From the NCBI GenBank assembly GCA_040954595.2, contig CM082585.2, forward strand, positions 5,543,808 through 5,607,807: 64,000 nt of DNA, given 5' to 3'. The position numbers and the translations under genes were made by a program. This DNA comes from Balanoglossus misakiensis. Taxonomy: Eukaryota > Animalia > Hemichordata. Each line of letters begins with the position of its first letter. Position 1 is the first letter of the stretch. Positions 1 to 12,600 of this stretch are shown piece by piece. Below the pieces are notes generated by a model. The model did not search any database. It was given only the letters and a program-made list of their open reading frames with translations, and had not been told where the DNA came from.

Positions 1-55
1 AGACCGCAAACAAATTAGCAGTCATCTTCCACCATATAAGCCATTTGTGAAACTA

Positions 56-513
56 TATTGAACACCTATTGCCTGGCCATGAGGGCCATAGCGGCCGTTT
101 ATTACACCCGAGGGGCTGTGAGTTACCAGAATCATATGCTATTTCCCGAGGCCGCAGGCCGAGGGAAATAGCATATGATTCTGGTAACTCACAGTCACGA
201 GGGGGTAAAAACGGCTGCTATGGCCCGAATATAGGCCAGGCTATAGGTGTTTTATAATAAGCCTCATGCTAACAGCTGGGAAAATCTTGCAATTTTCTCT
301 TGAGGTTGGCAGACGACATCTTCCGCGGTGGCCATTGTGTCAGACGACGCGACGCTGATTGACGTGACCGAGTCTGCGCACTCACGCTGGTCACGTGACC
401 GGTTTATATTTTTTCTGCTATTTCCCTAGCGGTTCATAGTCGATTCTATTTTCCTATCACATGGCGGATTCTGGCGAATCACGGCACAGTATTAGCATGA
501 GGTATATTATAAT
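56..513. mobile_element. Non-autonomous hairpin element (long palindrome + terminal inverted repeat), Crypton-like architecture
   Basis: Palindrome ~56-258 centred on CCCGAGGCCGCAGGCCGAGGG; second inverted repeat 253-272 / 492-511; left-arm fragment recurs at ~37836-37860. Family assignment is inference. Confidence 0.55.
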
Positions 514-658
514 ACAAATTATTAGTCACTTTCTGACTTTGTACGAAACCAATTTTGTACAACTTGAGAATTTCAGTCACGCAAGCGACAACACCTTCCA
601 ACAAGTGTTTGTCTATTCAATTCACGAGTGAGTCCTCGATACGCTAGATGACACTCAC

Positions 659-3600
659 CTCCCTGTACTTTGCCGTCAAAGCTGAACAGAAGTTCCAGGT
701 ATTTGCCAAAGCGACTCGAGTTATCATTCATGACTGTCTTGGCATTGCCGAAGGCTTCCAGAAGTGGATTCACCTGTGAAGGAAATCAAAATCAGTCAAA
801 GAAGCTGTAACAGGGGGTGCTACGAAGGACATTCACACCCAATGTCAAAACAATTTGCAATATTTTTGGCACCATTAGAAAGATTAAGATGCATGCCCCT
901 CAGAAGGGAAGTATATGTCACAAGGTTTCTGCACACTTTTATCGTGTTTGATGATGCCTGATGCATATGTCATTCAGCATTGGTTTTCATCGTTCATGGG
1001 AGCAATTTGCGCAGAAATTTTGTGATTAGATTTCACTGTCAATTTCTTTCAATTATTCGATGGTCGCGCTTATATTGATTCCCATCGTATTCTGGGCAAC
1101 AAAAAAGAGATACATGCATGTACACAGTTATCCCAAACAGAGGTGATGTACATACATGTATACCATAGAATAATGTCAGGGACACTGCATTACACTCTTG
1201 CTAGTGGTGCAGTCTTAATCTCTCTACAACTGTAAAATTTCAAGGGCTTGGGCAATAACCACAGATCACACTATTAAAGGGACAAAGTCTCTCTCGCTGC
1301 CCTTTTCCATTAATTATGTTTGATACAAGACACCGTTTAAGTTAATGTACAAGTGTTTACGTAGTGAATGAACGTTCAATCACACACAACTTCCATCCCG
1401 TTTGTAGGATATGACAGTTAAAATTTCGGCAAAATGAATAAATGGTAAACACCGATTATTCATTTTTCACTCTCGTGACTACAAGTTGGATGGAAGTTGT
1501 GTGTGGTTTAACGTTGATTCATTTTACATCCACATGTAGAATAACATAAAAAGTGTCTTGTATCAAACATAATTAATGGAAATGGGCAGCGAGAGAGAGA
1601 CTTAGTCCCTTTAAAAGAATATCCAAGATCAGGGTATGTGTTTACTGGTCAATATTACAACACTGTGCAGTTTGGGTACATTTCTGGAACATTATGGAAG
1701 TTGAACATGCAGGGGGGGGGGGGGGGGGGGGAGGGGCATTCACAGGTAGGTGTATATATCAAATGTACATGTACATAGTCACCTATGCAGATTTAGCCAT
1801 AGTTTATCAGGATAGAGAAGAGCTATCCAATCAGATTTCCCCTTGGGTGGCCACATGAAAAAGTGCACCCCCACATGGTTTTCAGGGGGCTGACACACAC
1901 CCATTTAATAATTACAGCATATACAAATGAGAAGAGATTTTCTCCCGTCGTTAAAAGTTGGGAATATTCCGGGGTCATTATAGAACGCTCTGGGCACGGA
2001 AAGGGGTATTCAAATGCTACCAATTATCAATCTGTGTGATATGGAACATTCAGAAACTGCATTAAAGGGACAAAGTCTCTCTCTCGCTGCCCTTTTTCTA
2101 TTCATTATGTTTGATACAAGACACCGTTTATGTTATGCTGCATGTGGATATATAGTGCATCAACGTTCGACCACACACAATGTCCATCCTGTTTGTTAGA
2201 ATATGAGAGTAAATATCTCACCAAAATGAATAAATGATAAACACAGATTATTCAATTTGGCGAGTTTTTCACTCTCATGTCGATCTACAAGTGGGATTGA
2301 AGTTGTGTGTAGTTGAATGTTGACTCACTATATATCCACATGCAGAATAACATAAGCGGTGTCTTGTATCAAACATAATTGATGGATAACGGGCAGCGAG
2401 AGAGACTTTGTCCCTTTAAAACTTCAATAGCCACCGCTGCATTGTAGGACAGATCCGTGCAGGTTAAAAAAGAGTCTTCCAAGGTAAATATTTTATGTTT
2501 GACGGCGGCAATGTTGTTGATCATCTCAGTAATCGCCCACTGGGGAAGTTTTTGGAGTCAAACATTCATGGCCACTGAAGGTGTTTCAGTGAGATATTGT
2601 TCAAATCTTCTGCTCTCATTTTAAGTGATTCAGAGAGCATATTATTAACAGATCGATAAAAGAATATTCCGTGATCAAATCTTCTCAAGTTTCAGACACT
2701 AGAGTTGTTTCACCTTTAAATTTTTAAAACCAAAGCAAAGAGAGCATGCTCGTCTTTTTTTTATTTATTTTTTAAATTTCAGTCGTGTTCCTGCCTCTCG
2801 CAACATTTTCCATTTCTTGCTCAAGCTGTTACCATGGTAATACGTGAAATGAACGACTACCCTATTAGTGTGGGGATTACATCTGAAGAGGGCATTTGAA
2901 GTGGATTTCCACTTGCATCATTAAACATCTACGTCTTCATTTCAGCTTCCTTGCAAATGGCAACATTAGAGTACACATACGACTGAAGCAGCCAGGCACT
3001 GATTATCAAAATTGACTTCATTGTAACTTCACTGGGTTTTTTGTTAAAGGTAGTATGCGCCTCGAAAATCACAGCCTTAAACTTTTTCTTAGAATTTGCT
3101 CAAGGCAACTTTAGATAATTCTCTCTCGAAGTCAAGAATAAGAATGGGTGGTTGTTTAATACCATATTAGTTCCGGTTATAAAGGGTGTTGTTATAAGCG
3201 GCAATGGTTGGTTGCCAGTTATGGTCATGGTTGGTACAGTATGGGTGGTTTGTACAAGTTACAGATGGTTGGTAGAGTGGATGGTTGGATCTGTTAGTGA
3301 TGGTTAGTTATGGGTAGTTGATGGAAGGTTAATGCAGTTCTGGATACACAAAATGGCGAATATTGACAATTATATTATACCAGTATATTGATGGTGTAAA
3401 TCACGCTATTTGATTGGTCGAGACATGACACGTGACCGTGATATATTAGCCATATACCACAGTCATATATCATAGTCAAAGAAAATGCCTTTTAAAAATG
3501 TTTTATGCAAAGTTTCAATATACTGGCATAATATAATAGCAATAAAACACCCCAGCCATGGTATACCACTCGATTTTGACCAGTTCAACTCCATATACGC

Positions 3601-6600
3601 ACTCGCTATCGCTCGTGCGTATATGTCGTGAACTGGTCAAAATCTCGTGGTATACCATGGCTGGGGGTGTTTTATTGCTTAATTAACGCACAATTATGTG
3701 TGAGTCTGAAGTCTTCAAAGAGATCACCGTACAATGGATCAATACATGTAATGAAACACCAAAAGGCAACATTTATCAATTACAACATATGAATTTACTA
3801 TCATATGAAAAAACAATCTCCATAGTAACACTATATAACTGAATATTTAACATGTAAAATTTATGGGGTTTTGTTGAGGAAACGTTCTCACATCACCACA
3901 GACCACATAACATTCAGAACATTAACAAGTCAGTATAAATTATTACAGAGTACAGTAAATATTACATAATTCCCCTAATACGAGTCAAATTCTATAACAT
4001 TGATAACACTGTACTTTGAAGGGTCATCCTATATCATTAGGGTATTAATATGTTATATTGCTCCGATATGAGCGAATTATAACTCACAATATTATACTGT
4101 CAATACTGAGCATGGGGGGGGGGGGTCATATACATGTATATTATTACACATAAACTATTTTTATATTGCCCTGATTTTGTCAAATTATAAATCATTATAT
4201 TACACTGATATTAAACACTGAATATGGTATAAGCATTTCAATATTTATTATAATTAATATTACACACTGAAAATAGGTATTTGAATAGTGGGAAATATAA
4301 ATCTTATCTGTAAAAACACAATTTATGCAAATGAACTATTTTTCTTATGGGATTTTCTTTATTAGGCAAATTTAGCAATTCTGAGTCAGAAAGGTTAAAG
4401 GGATTGCAGTCTTGTTTTGCACGTTGGGAGCAACTATTAGTGAAATGAAAAACTGCACAAAACTCACCACCCAGCTCAATAGAAAACGCTGAACGTCGAA
4501 AAAAGAAGTGTGAATGTTATCAGGCAGCCATTATAAAGCCGAGATTTCAAGGATAGATAGAAGCAGGTAAGCATTTATGATATGACTACTGTGGACTACG
4601 CCCCAGGCTGGTGTTGGTGCAATTGAAAAACAGCATGAAAACATTTTCAGCGGGTCTTAGACTTCGTGTCAGAGAGGGGTCTGTCTATTCAGTATCATCT
4701 CAGTTAATCCAGAATATTATACAGGTGTGCTGTATTTCCAAATTCTAACTTTCCCAGCAAGTTTTCTTTTTGGAACAAATTTTAGGTGTTTCTAAGTAAT
4801 TTTGAGACCTCTTCCCCCACCCCAAAAATATTTCATGAGACTCCCTGGGGGGTCTTCCAATCGAACGTGAACACAAATTGGGGGGGGGGGGGTCTTGGTT
4901 GTCTGAACAGAATGCTGAATAGATTATTTTTCAGACAAAATTTGTAGGTTTTCTGAAAGATCTGAAAAGGCAGGTAGTACGAAGACACTGCCTTGACTTA
5001 TTCCTCTGTGCAGATTCCTTGAACTTCCCAACAAAAAAGATGGGGCATACAATCATTAAGTTGATACCCGTCGATCGACACAGAGATTGTGAAAATAATC
5101 ATCAATGAAAACTTTAGAATCAATAATGAAACACAATAAATAGCATGTTTTTTTTTATTTTAGGCTCCACTCCATTGATATTTAGAGACAGCGTGACATT
5201 CTTGTAGAGTTTGCAAAGAAAAAATAATTAAATGCGAGTGTCACAGGGGAACAAAATACTGGTGTCGAACTCTGCTCACACAATGAATCTGAACATCATC
5301 CTTTCAACCTAGAACCATTTTTTTCTAAAACGACTTCATGACTTGTGAATACTCCATGTGGAGCTGTCAACACCAGGTGACAACTAAGCAGAAAATTTTG
5401 AATAGAAAACATTCGTGAATGACAGATTTTCATTCTGCATTGTTTTCCTGCTCACGTGTATAAAAACCTTGATGTCACTTTCCCTCTAGTCACTGCTGAT
5501 GCCGGTTCAGACAAACTGAACGTGCGAAATGTTAGAGACGATATCAAATGTCATTCAAGGACAGTCCTGCAGACGCGGTGCGTTGAATACTGGGAACAAA
5601 TATCACAAACCACCATCAGACAAAACCTATACAACACAATGACCTTTAACCTCTGCAAAGCATTTTACACCAAAAAAGGAATGGCGAAGTTGTCCAAAAA
5701 CTTTGATTTTTTAAAGAATTTTTTGAAATGACGTGATTTTTGAAAGAATTTTTAGACTATACTGGCAAAGATTACAGGTCAAAGGGCAAATATGTTTACC
5801 AAGACATAGGTACACTCACTGCAACATCAATAACTGAAATACGTTACTACGACAACAGATCACCACGGATACGCGTAAAGCACAGCTGACCCTACCTGTT
5901 TGATTTTGGCATTCATCATACTCGGTTCCAAGAGAAATTTGGGCACGTCAAACTGAACAGAAATGCCAGTCAGTCAGTGAAAAAATTTGGTGCATTATGA
6001 GATAAAAGTCTATTAAAAAATGTGGTTATTGTGTTTGCTGGTAATTTGAAACAGATCCAAGCTAGCGAATATCAGTTTAGTCACTGGTACGGATTGTGAG
6101 ATGAAATTATATGATTTGGGAGTGAAAATATCCAATATATTAGTAGAAATTTTTTTCCTTTTGCTGATAAATTTTTCATAAAAAAACATTGTTAATTGCT
6201 GAACGATGAAATATAAGATCACATGCTAATGGTCATGAAAAACCATCATTACTGTCAGTCACAATAAAATGTGCATCACGCTGGCCACTAACAAACATAC
6301 TTTTTTATAAGCTTTGAGTCACTTTGAGGATTTCTAACAATTTCTCTGAGTCAGCCCTATACCTTTGCATGTAGTGTGGATAATTTTCGCGAGTCACCAG
6401 TGAATTTGTTGAGTCAGTGGGGGCATTATATGGGCACTGGCAATACTGTATTTGAAATGACAGCAGCCCATCACAAAGAATGTTGGTGTACGTGATTATG
6501 GTGTAGGGGTGATAGCAAACACACACACACACACGTACCCGTTTGATCTTCTCCGGGAGCAGACTCTCCTCGCTCTTGGAGCGGGCCAGCAGATGCTGGA

Positions 6601-9600
6601 TGAGGTACTTGCAAGACTCGGTCTTGCCCGCGCCGCTCTCGCCGCTGATGACGCAGCACTGCGGCTGGCGGGTGCGCACCAGCGACTGGTACGTCCAGTC
6701 GGCCACGGCGTAGATGTGCGGGCTGCGGCTCTTGCGGTCCAGGATGTCGGCGTAGAGGAGCGAGGCCCTGGCCGAGTAGATGGGCAGGTCTTTGAACGGG
6801 TTCACCGCGATCAGGATGTCGCCAACGTACGTCTGCAACAGAGAGTAAGATAAACTTTGTGAAGTTGTCCTGCTTGAGAAAAACTCAGAATCTATCACCT
6901 TTGCAAAACGCCAGGCACTTATACAGCCCAGTCAGCAGTGTTACCAAATAACTCACCGCTAAATCAGGAAACCGTGTGTAACTTCTGTAACTTCTCTGAA
7001 AACCTACTGCTTTTTTAAAAACTCTATCCCTTTAATCATTTCACCCCGTTTTCCAGTGTAGTGGTCCAACTTTGCCATAGAGAAAACAAGAGTTGGACTA
7101 AACCACGCTGGGTACAAGGGATATAAAATAGGGAGGGGTTTGGATAAACTTACATAGATTTGATCAATTTTGTATCTCTCCATCAGTTCCTTCAGGATGA
7201 CTTTCTCTGATAATTCCGGCAGCATTGCTAAATCATCGTTTGCAGCCAGAGCGGGAAGAACCACCTGGAAAAAAAACCAGAAACATCTTTCATGTGGCTT
7301 CATTATGTTTGCCAGCCAGCTAAAAAATTGCATAATTTGAAAATACATTTATAAGGTTTCATTTCAATAGGAAGACTTCCCACAGAGTAATAATCCATGC
7401 TATGCTTGATTTGAGGCAATTTGTTCCAGGGATAGTATCGTCACCGATAGTATGGTCATGAGTGGTATTTACCGTCAAATTCCTTTATGGGGTAGACAAC
7501 TTTAAAGGGACAAACTCTCTCTCGCTGCCCTTTTTCCATTACCCGGTAATTATGTTTGATACAAGACACCGTTTATGTTATTCTACATGTGGATATATAG
7601 TGAATCAACATTCAACCACACACAACTTCCGTCCCATTTGTAGGATATGAGAGTAATAAATGGTAAAGAATGATTATTCATTTGGCGAGTTTTTCACTCT
7701 TGTGTCTACAAGTGGGATGGAAGTTTTGTGTGGTTGATCATTGATTCACTATATATCCACATGTCGAATAACATAAACGGTGTCTTGTATCAAACATAAT
7801 TAATGGAAAATAGGGCAGCGAGAGAGAGAATTTGGAAGCTTTTTTGGGGTTGCCTATTTGTGAATTCTCTATGCCTATGTGAATTCTCTGATACTCATGT
7901 ATGACCAGTGTAGCGGCAAGCAATGACATGTAACAGAACTGTTTTTAAATTTTGCTGGTGCAGAACTTGACTTGATACAGCCAATCTGTTTACTTGCGTA
8001 AACATTTTTCAAAAGTTCCACTCACCTTTTCCCTCGCTATGTCAGTCTCAAGCTCTGCTTTGCCGATTCTGTGTTGGGTGAGTTTCTCTGTCGTCTGATT
8101 GGCCGGCAGTCTGGTCTGAGCTTCGTACAACTCATCGGATTTTGACAAGGTGACATGTCTTGGGCGACTACAGAAAAAGTAACATTTTACTTCAATTCAG
8201 TGCAACTTATCACATGATCTAAAAGAGGTGATTGGGAAAATATTCAGTTATGGTGTCAGTGATGTGGCTTAAAGTTCATGAAGTACAGTGAGCGAAACCT
8301 GTCATTGTGGATTCCTGTCTAATCAGAACACCTCTCTATTGTGGACAGATTTTCTGTTCCCAAAGGTGTTCTTAATAGACACGTACGTTTCACTGTATGA
8401 AGTAGATTTTTAAAACTGTGTATGCAATACAAAATAGTGTGAAACATGCAAACTTGAAGAATGAGGGGGTGTTTTCACAACGTCACTGGCTTAAGTGAAA
8501 CACAAAACATACACTGCAACAATGAGGTTAGACCAAACTTAAAACCACAGAGGAATGTGTAGCCATAACAAGTACATACTGGGGGAAATTATCGGCTGTA
8601 AAAATATAATACTCCAAACAGACCATTTTGCCTAAAACATTTCTGAACAAAAATCAAAATGACAAACCCCTGTGTCGCTTTGCCATGTGTAATTATCGTA
8701 ACAAAATATTTGAAATAAACTCACATTGTTTTGCTGTTGATCCTGCACATGGTTTCGTCATCGCGTTCAGTTTTTCCCACATCTTCTATCATCACAGTCA
8801 CCCTTTTCTTCTGTGCTGGTTTGGACTGTCTCTCTGCATTCTTCAGAATTTCTTCGATCAGTTCACTCGCCGCAAGATCTACGATGGAACAAGACAAGGA
8901 AAAAAATGTTAGTTGGCTATGCAAAACAAAATTGTACAATGCCATTTACAAAATATGCAGGTAAATTGTAAAAAATTATTTTCAAGATTTTTGTATTTGT
9001 TTATGCATTTATTGAAAGCATCCAAGTTCATCTGTAGTGTAGATCAAGTTATCAAAACCACTCAAACTTTTCATCAGGTCTTTTCATCATTAAGACTTGC
9101 CAAAGAATGCTAACTGGCATTTATATGAATACTTGCATGTTCTGTCCATGTGTATGCAAATAACGATGATACGAATACAAATGTGTACATTTGTATAAAA
9201 TTCCAAGCTAAGCTCTGACAAACTACATTCCAACAGCCAGAATAAGCTATCTTCCCAAGAGAAAACAAAAAATGACCACAGCAACTTTGTCTCTCTAACC
9301 GACAAGAATTAGAATCCAATATTGGTGCCAGAAAAGTTCAAGTGATTTTCAGAGTCAGAATGACTTCTTTTTTTCATAAAACAGAACACATCAATACAAG
9401 AACTTAACAAGCGGACAATCTCAATCAACTTCAAGTCATCCATTGCACCAGACAAAAAAAGTCAAGCTCTATGTGATGTCCATTTCCTCACCCCCCTGTT
9501 GAAATGGAATAGTCCACCTCACAAAGGATAACAGCACTGGCACTGTGCATCATGCACTGCACTCTAGAATGACTTCTTTTTTTCATAAAACAGAACACAT

Positions 9601-12600
9601 CAATACAAGAACTTAACAAGCGGACAATCTCAATCAACTTCAAGTCATCCATTGCACCAGACAAAAAAAGTCAAGCTCTATGTGATGTCCATTTCCTCAC
9701 CCCCCTGTTGAAATGGAATAGTCCACCTCACAAAGGATAACAGCACTGGCACTGTGCATCATGCACTGCACTCTAGGGGGTGGCAAGATCGCTGCGGTTC
9801 CCATAAACTTGAATTTTGACGACACAGAAGATGATCGCCACTGAGAAAAATATGATCACCACGCTCACAGTGTGATGTCTGCCGATGGCAAGATTTTTAT
9901 TAAACTTTGCTTCAAGCTCACCGCTATTCCATTTGACACATCGCTTTTCCTGTGCCAAAAAAAGTGCAATAACACAAAGTGTGCGGCTACTTCATCTTTC
10001 AATTTAATTCTAGATCACTATGACAACCGGATGAACTGTTGCTGGCTATTATTTCATTTCGCTCTCGACTTTATGAGAAAAGAAAAAATACAAAAGATGC
10101 AATCATTAAAAATTTAAATATGACTGCTCAAAGGACGAAAAGAGATTTCAAAATCCTCAGAGTAAGAATACAGATTGTAATATGCTTGACATATTGTACG
10201 ATTTACAATTAAAGTGTGACAGCAAGTAGCAGTTGCCTTCAAATGCAAATTTACAGAATTTTGAAAACCCAATTAGCAGATATAAACGAGTTGTAAATTG
10301 TACTTTAGTATGAATTTTTTCACCGGATTTCCTGTGCATTAAGTCAAGAGTTTGTAAGTTCCATACATTGTAGATCGCCTGATGAAGAACAAAGTCAAAT
10401 TTTGATCAGACTTTCTCAAAGACCCCCTAGTTTGCTGCAGTGCTCTGGTTCTTCATTTAAAGCTTAATTAGTTGTAACTTTTCCCTGTTTTCAGTATATT
10501 TGTCTTGTGTATCTACTGCAGTTTCTTGTTCAAATTACTGAAGAGTAATGAAATGCCCAGTATCCTCCAGCTTACTAACACAAACTATATGTTCTCAGTC
10601 AGCATTGCAAAATTTGAATCAAGTCCGGACAAGAATTCATTTGTCAACAATAACAATGGCCGCTTCCAAATTCTTTCTATGTCTACTCACCCGAGGGTTT
10701 GGCCCCGTCGAAGTCCGCAATGTTCGGGTTAGCACCATGTTTCAGCAGCAGTTTGACCGTTTTGGCCTGGCCGTATCGGGATGCGGCGTGCAGCGGTGTC
10801 CAGTTGTCGTCGTCCACTGCGTTCACATTGGCGCCGCTGTCCACCAGCGTCCTGACCACCTCCAGGTAACCATTGGCTGCGGCCATGTGAAGCTGACAAG
10901 AACAAAGGAATTTAGTTTTGTTATTTGTGTTAAAGCCTCTAGAGCTGCCACTTTTTGCATTATTTTCATGATTTTAATGTCCAACTTAAATTGATCAATC
11001 TAAATACGCTTACTGAAATGTATACATGAACACCTTATCGATGCCCGATTGTGACTGCATGTTGCAATTTGAACATTAATATGTATTAAAACGGTGCCGC
11101 ACTGATTTAATCAGCCTCCATACAAACAGTATGCACCTATCATGGTATGCGTTGCCAGGAGATGACAAACTGATGCAAATGCAACTAATCTGGCTTAATG
11201 GTGAAGATTTTAGAGGATAGGGAATATATTTGAAGACTATTTCATTGAGGAAAATAAATTGACCAAGGTGACCATATCATTTAATCGACCATTTAATTTC
11301 ATTTCATTTGGCCGAGCTATTTGGAAAACTTCATGAAAATGTCAATAGCAGAAATGGGTTTTCTTGCAATTCTCAATGTAGTCTGTTGAGAAGAGGCAAA
11401 TCCCACGATCTCGTAGTGCGCATACATCATTTAATAAAGTCCAGTTTTGTACAATGACAAACAAATAATGGCACTTAATAATAAGTGTTTTTGCCACCAT
11501 CATATTACCTTTCGCATTTCGAACAAGTGGGTCTTTTAGTATCTTATAAATCTACACATCTTACTTGCAAAGAGATGTTTAAAAAGAGTACCTTCCTTTT
11601 TTATGCAGACCTGAATATGACATGACGTACACAACCCATTTTCATCTGCAGAGAATCTACTCGACATTTGAAGATGTTATTGCATACTTGTTTTGCTTTT
11701 GTCAAAAAATGACGAGTTGCCATGGTAACATAGTACTGGCAATGATGTTATATATGAATTTTGCCTGGAAAAAAAGCGTTGTTTCAGCAGACAATTGTCA
11801 AGTATTATAGCTACATGATGTATGTCATTAAGAATAAAATGACTTGCTTTTATTATCTCATTAGGGATAAAGTCACTCGCTTTTACTTTATTTGCTTATT
11901 TTAATTTCTTCTGAAAGGCTATTCGGCTCACGAATCAATTTCACAAACCAGTTCTCACAGTTTAACATCATCAGACCATCATTTAGTTTTCGTTCATACA
12001 ACACTGTGTCAAAATAAAAATCACATATTATACCTAGTACATACAAGGTATAAGTCTGTTTAGTTGTGACAATTTGTGATTGGATATATTTCATTGAGCA
12101 AAAGAAAGTGAATTAACATTTTTGACGCCTTAAAAACATGAAACAGAATTTCTAAAAATCCACAAAATAAAACATTTTCTCGATCTACCTACCCTATTTC
12201 TTAAAAGCATGTTTATCGGAACCACACAATTTTTTCCCAGGCCTAATGAATGCAATGGTGTTAATATAAAAGTCCTGCCTCAGTGACCTGGTTTGAAGTC
12301 CAAATAAAATCAATTAATGCAAATTTTCAAAATCAGAGTATTGAATTCATTCATCTAATTATTTATTTTTGAAGTATTTCCTTATGTTGTCCACATACAA
12401 AATTGTCAAATTGAATAAGAAAATTTTAATCTAATAATGCAAAAATCTAATCAATAGAAATTAGGTGATGTTTTCCATAAAGAGTTTTCAATTTCCATAT
12501 ATGAAACAAGTGCAGCTTTCTGCCGACTTCAATTTTTTCGCTGCAGACTACACAAAATGGCAGCTGAAATACGGTAGAAAAAATCCTTGATTTTTAAACC

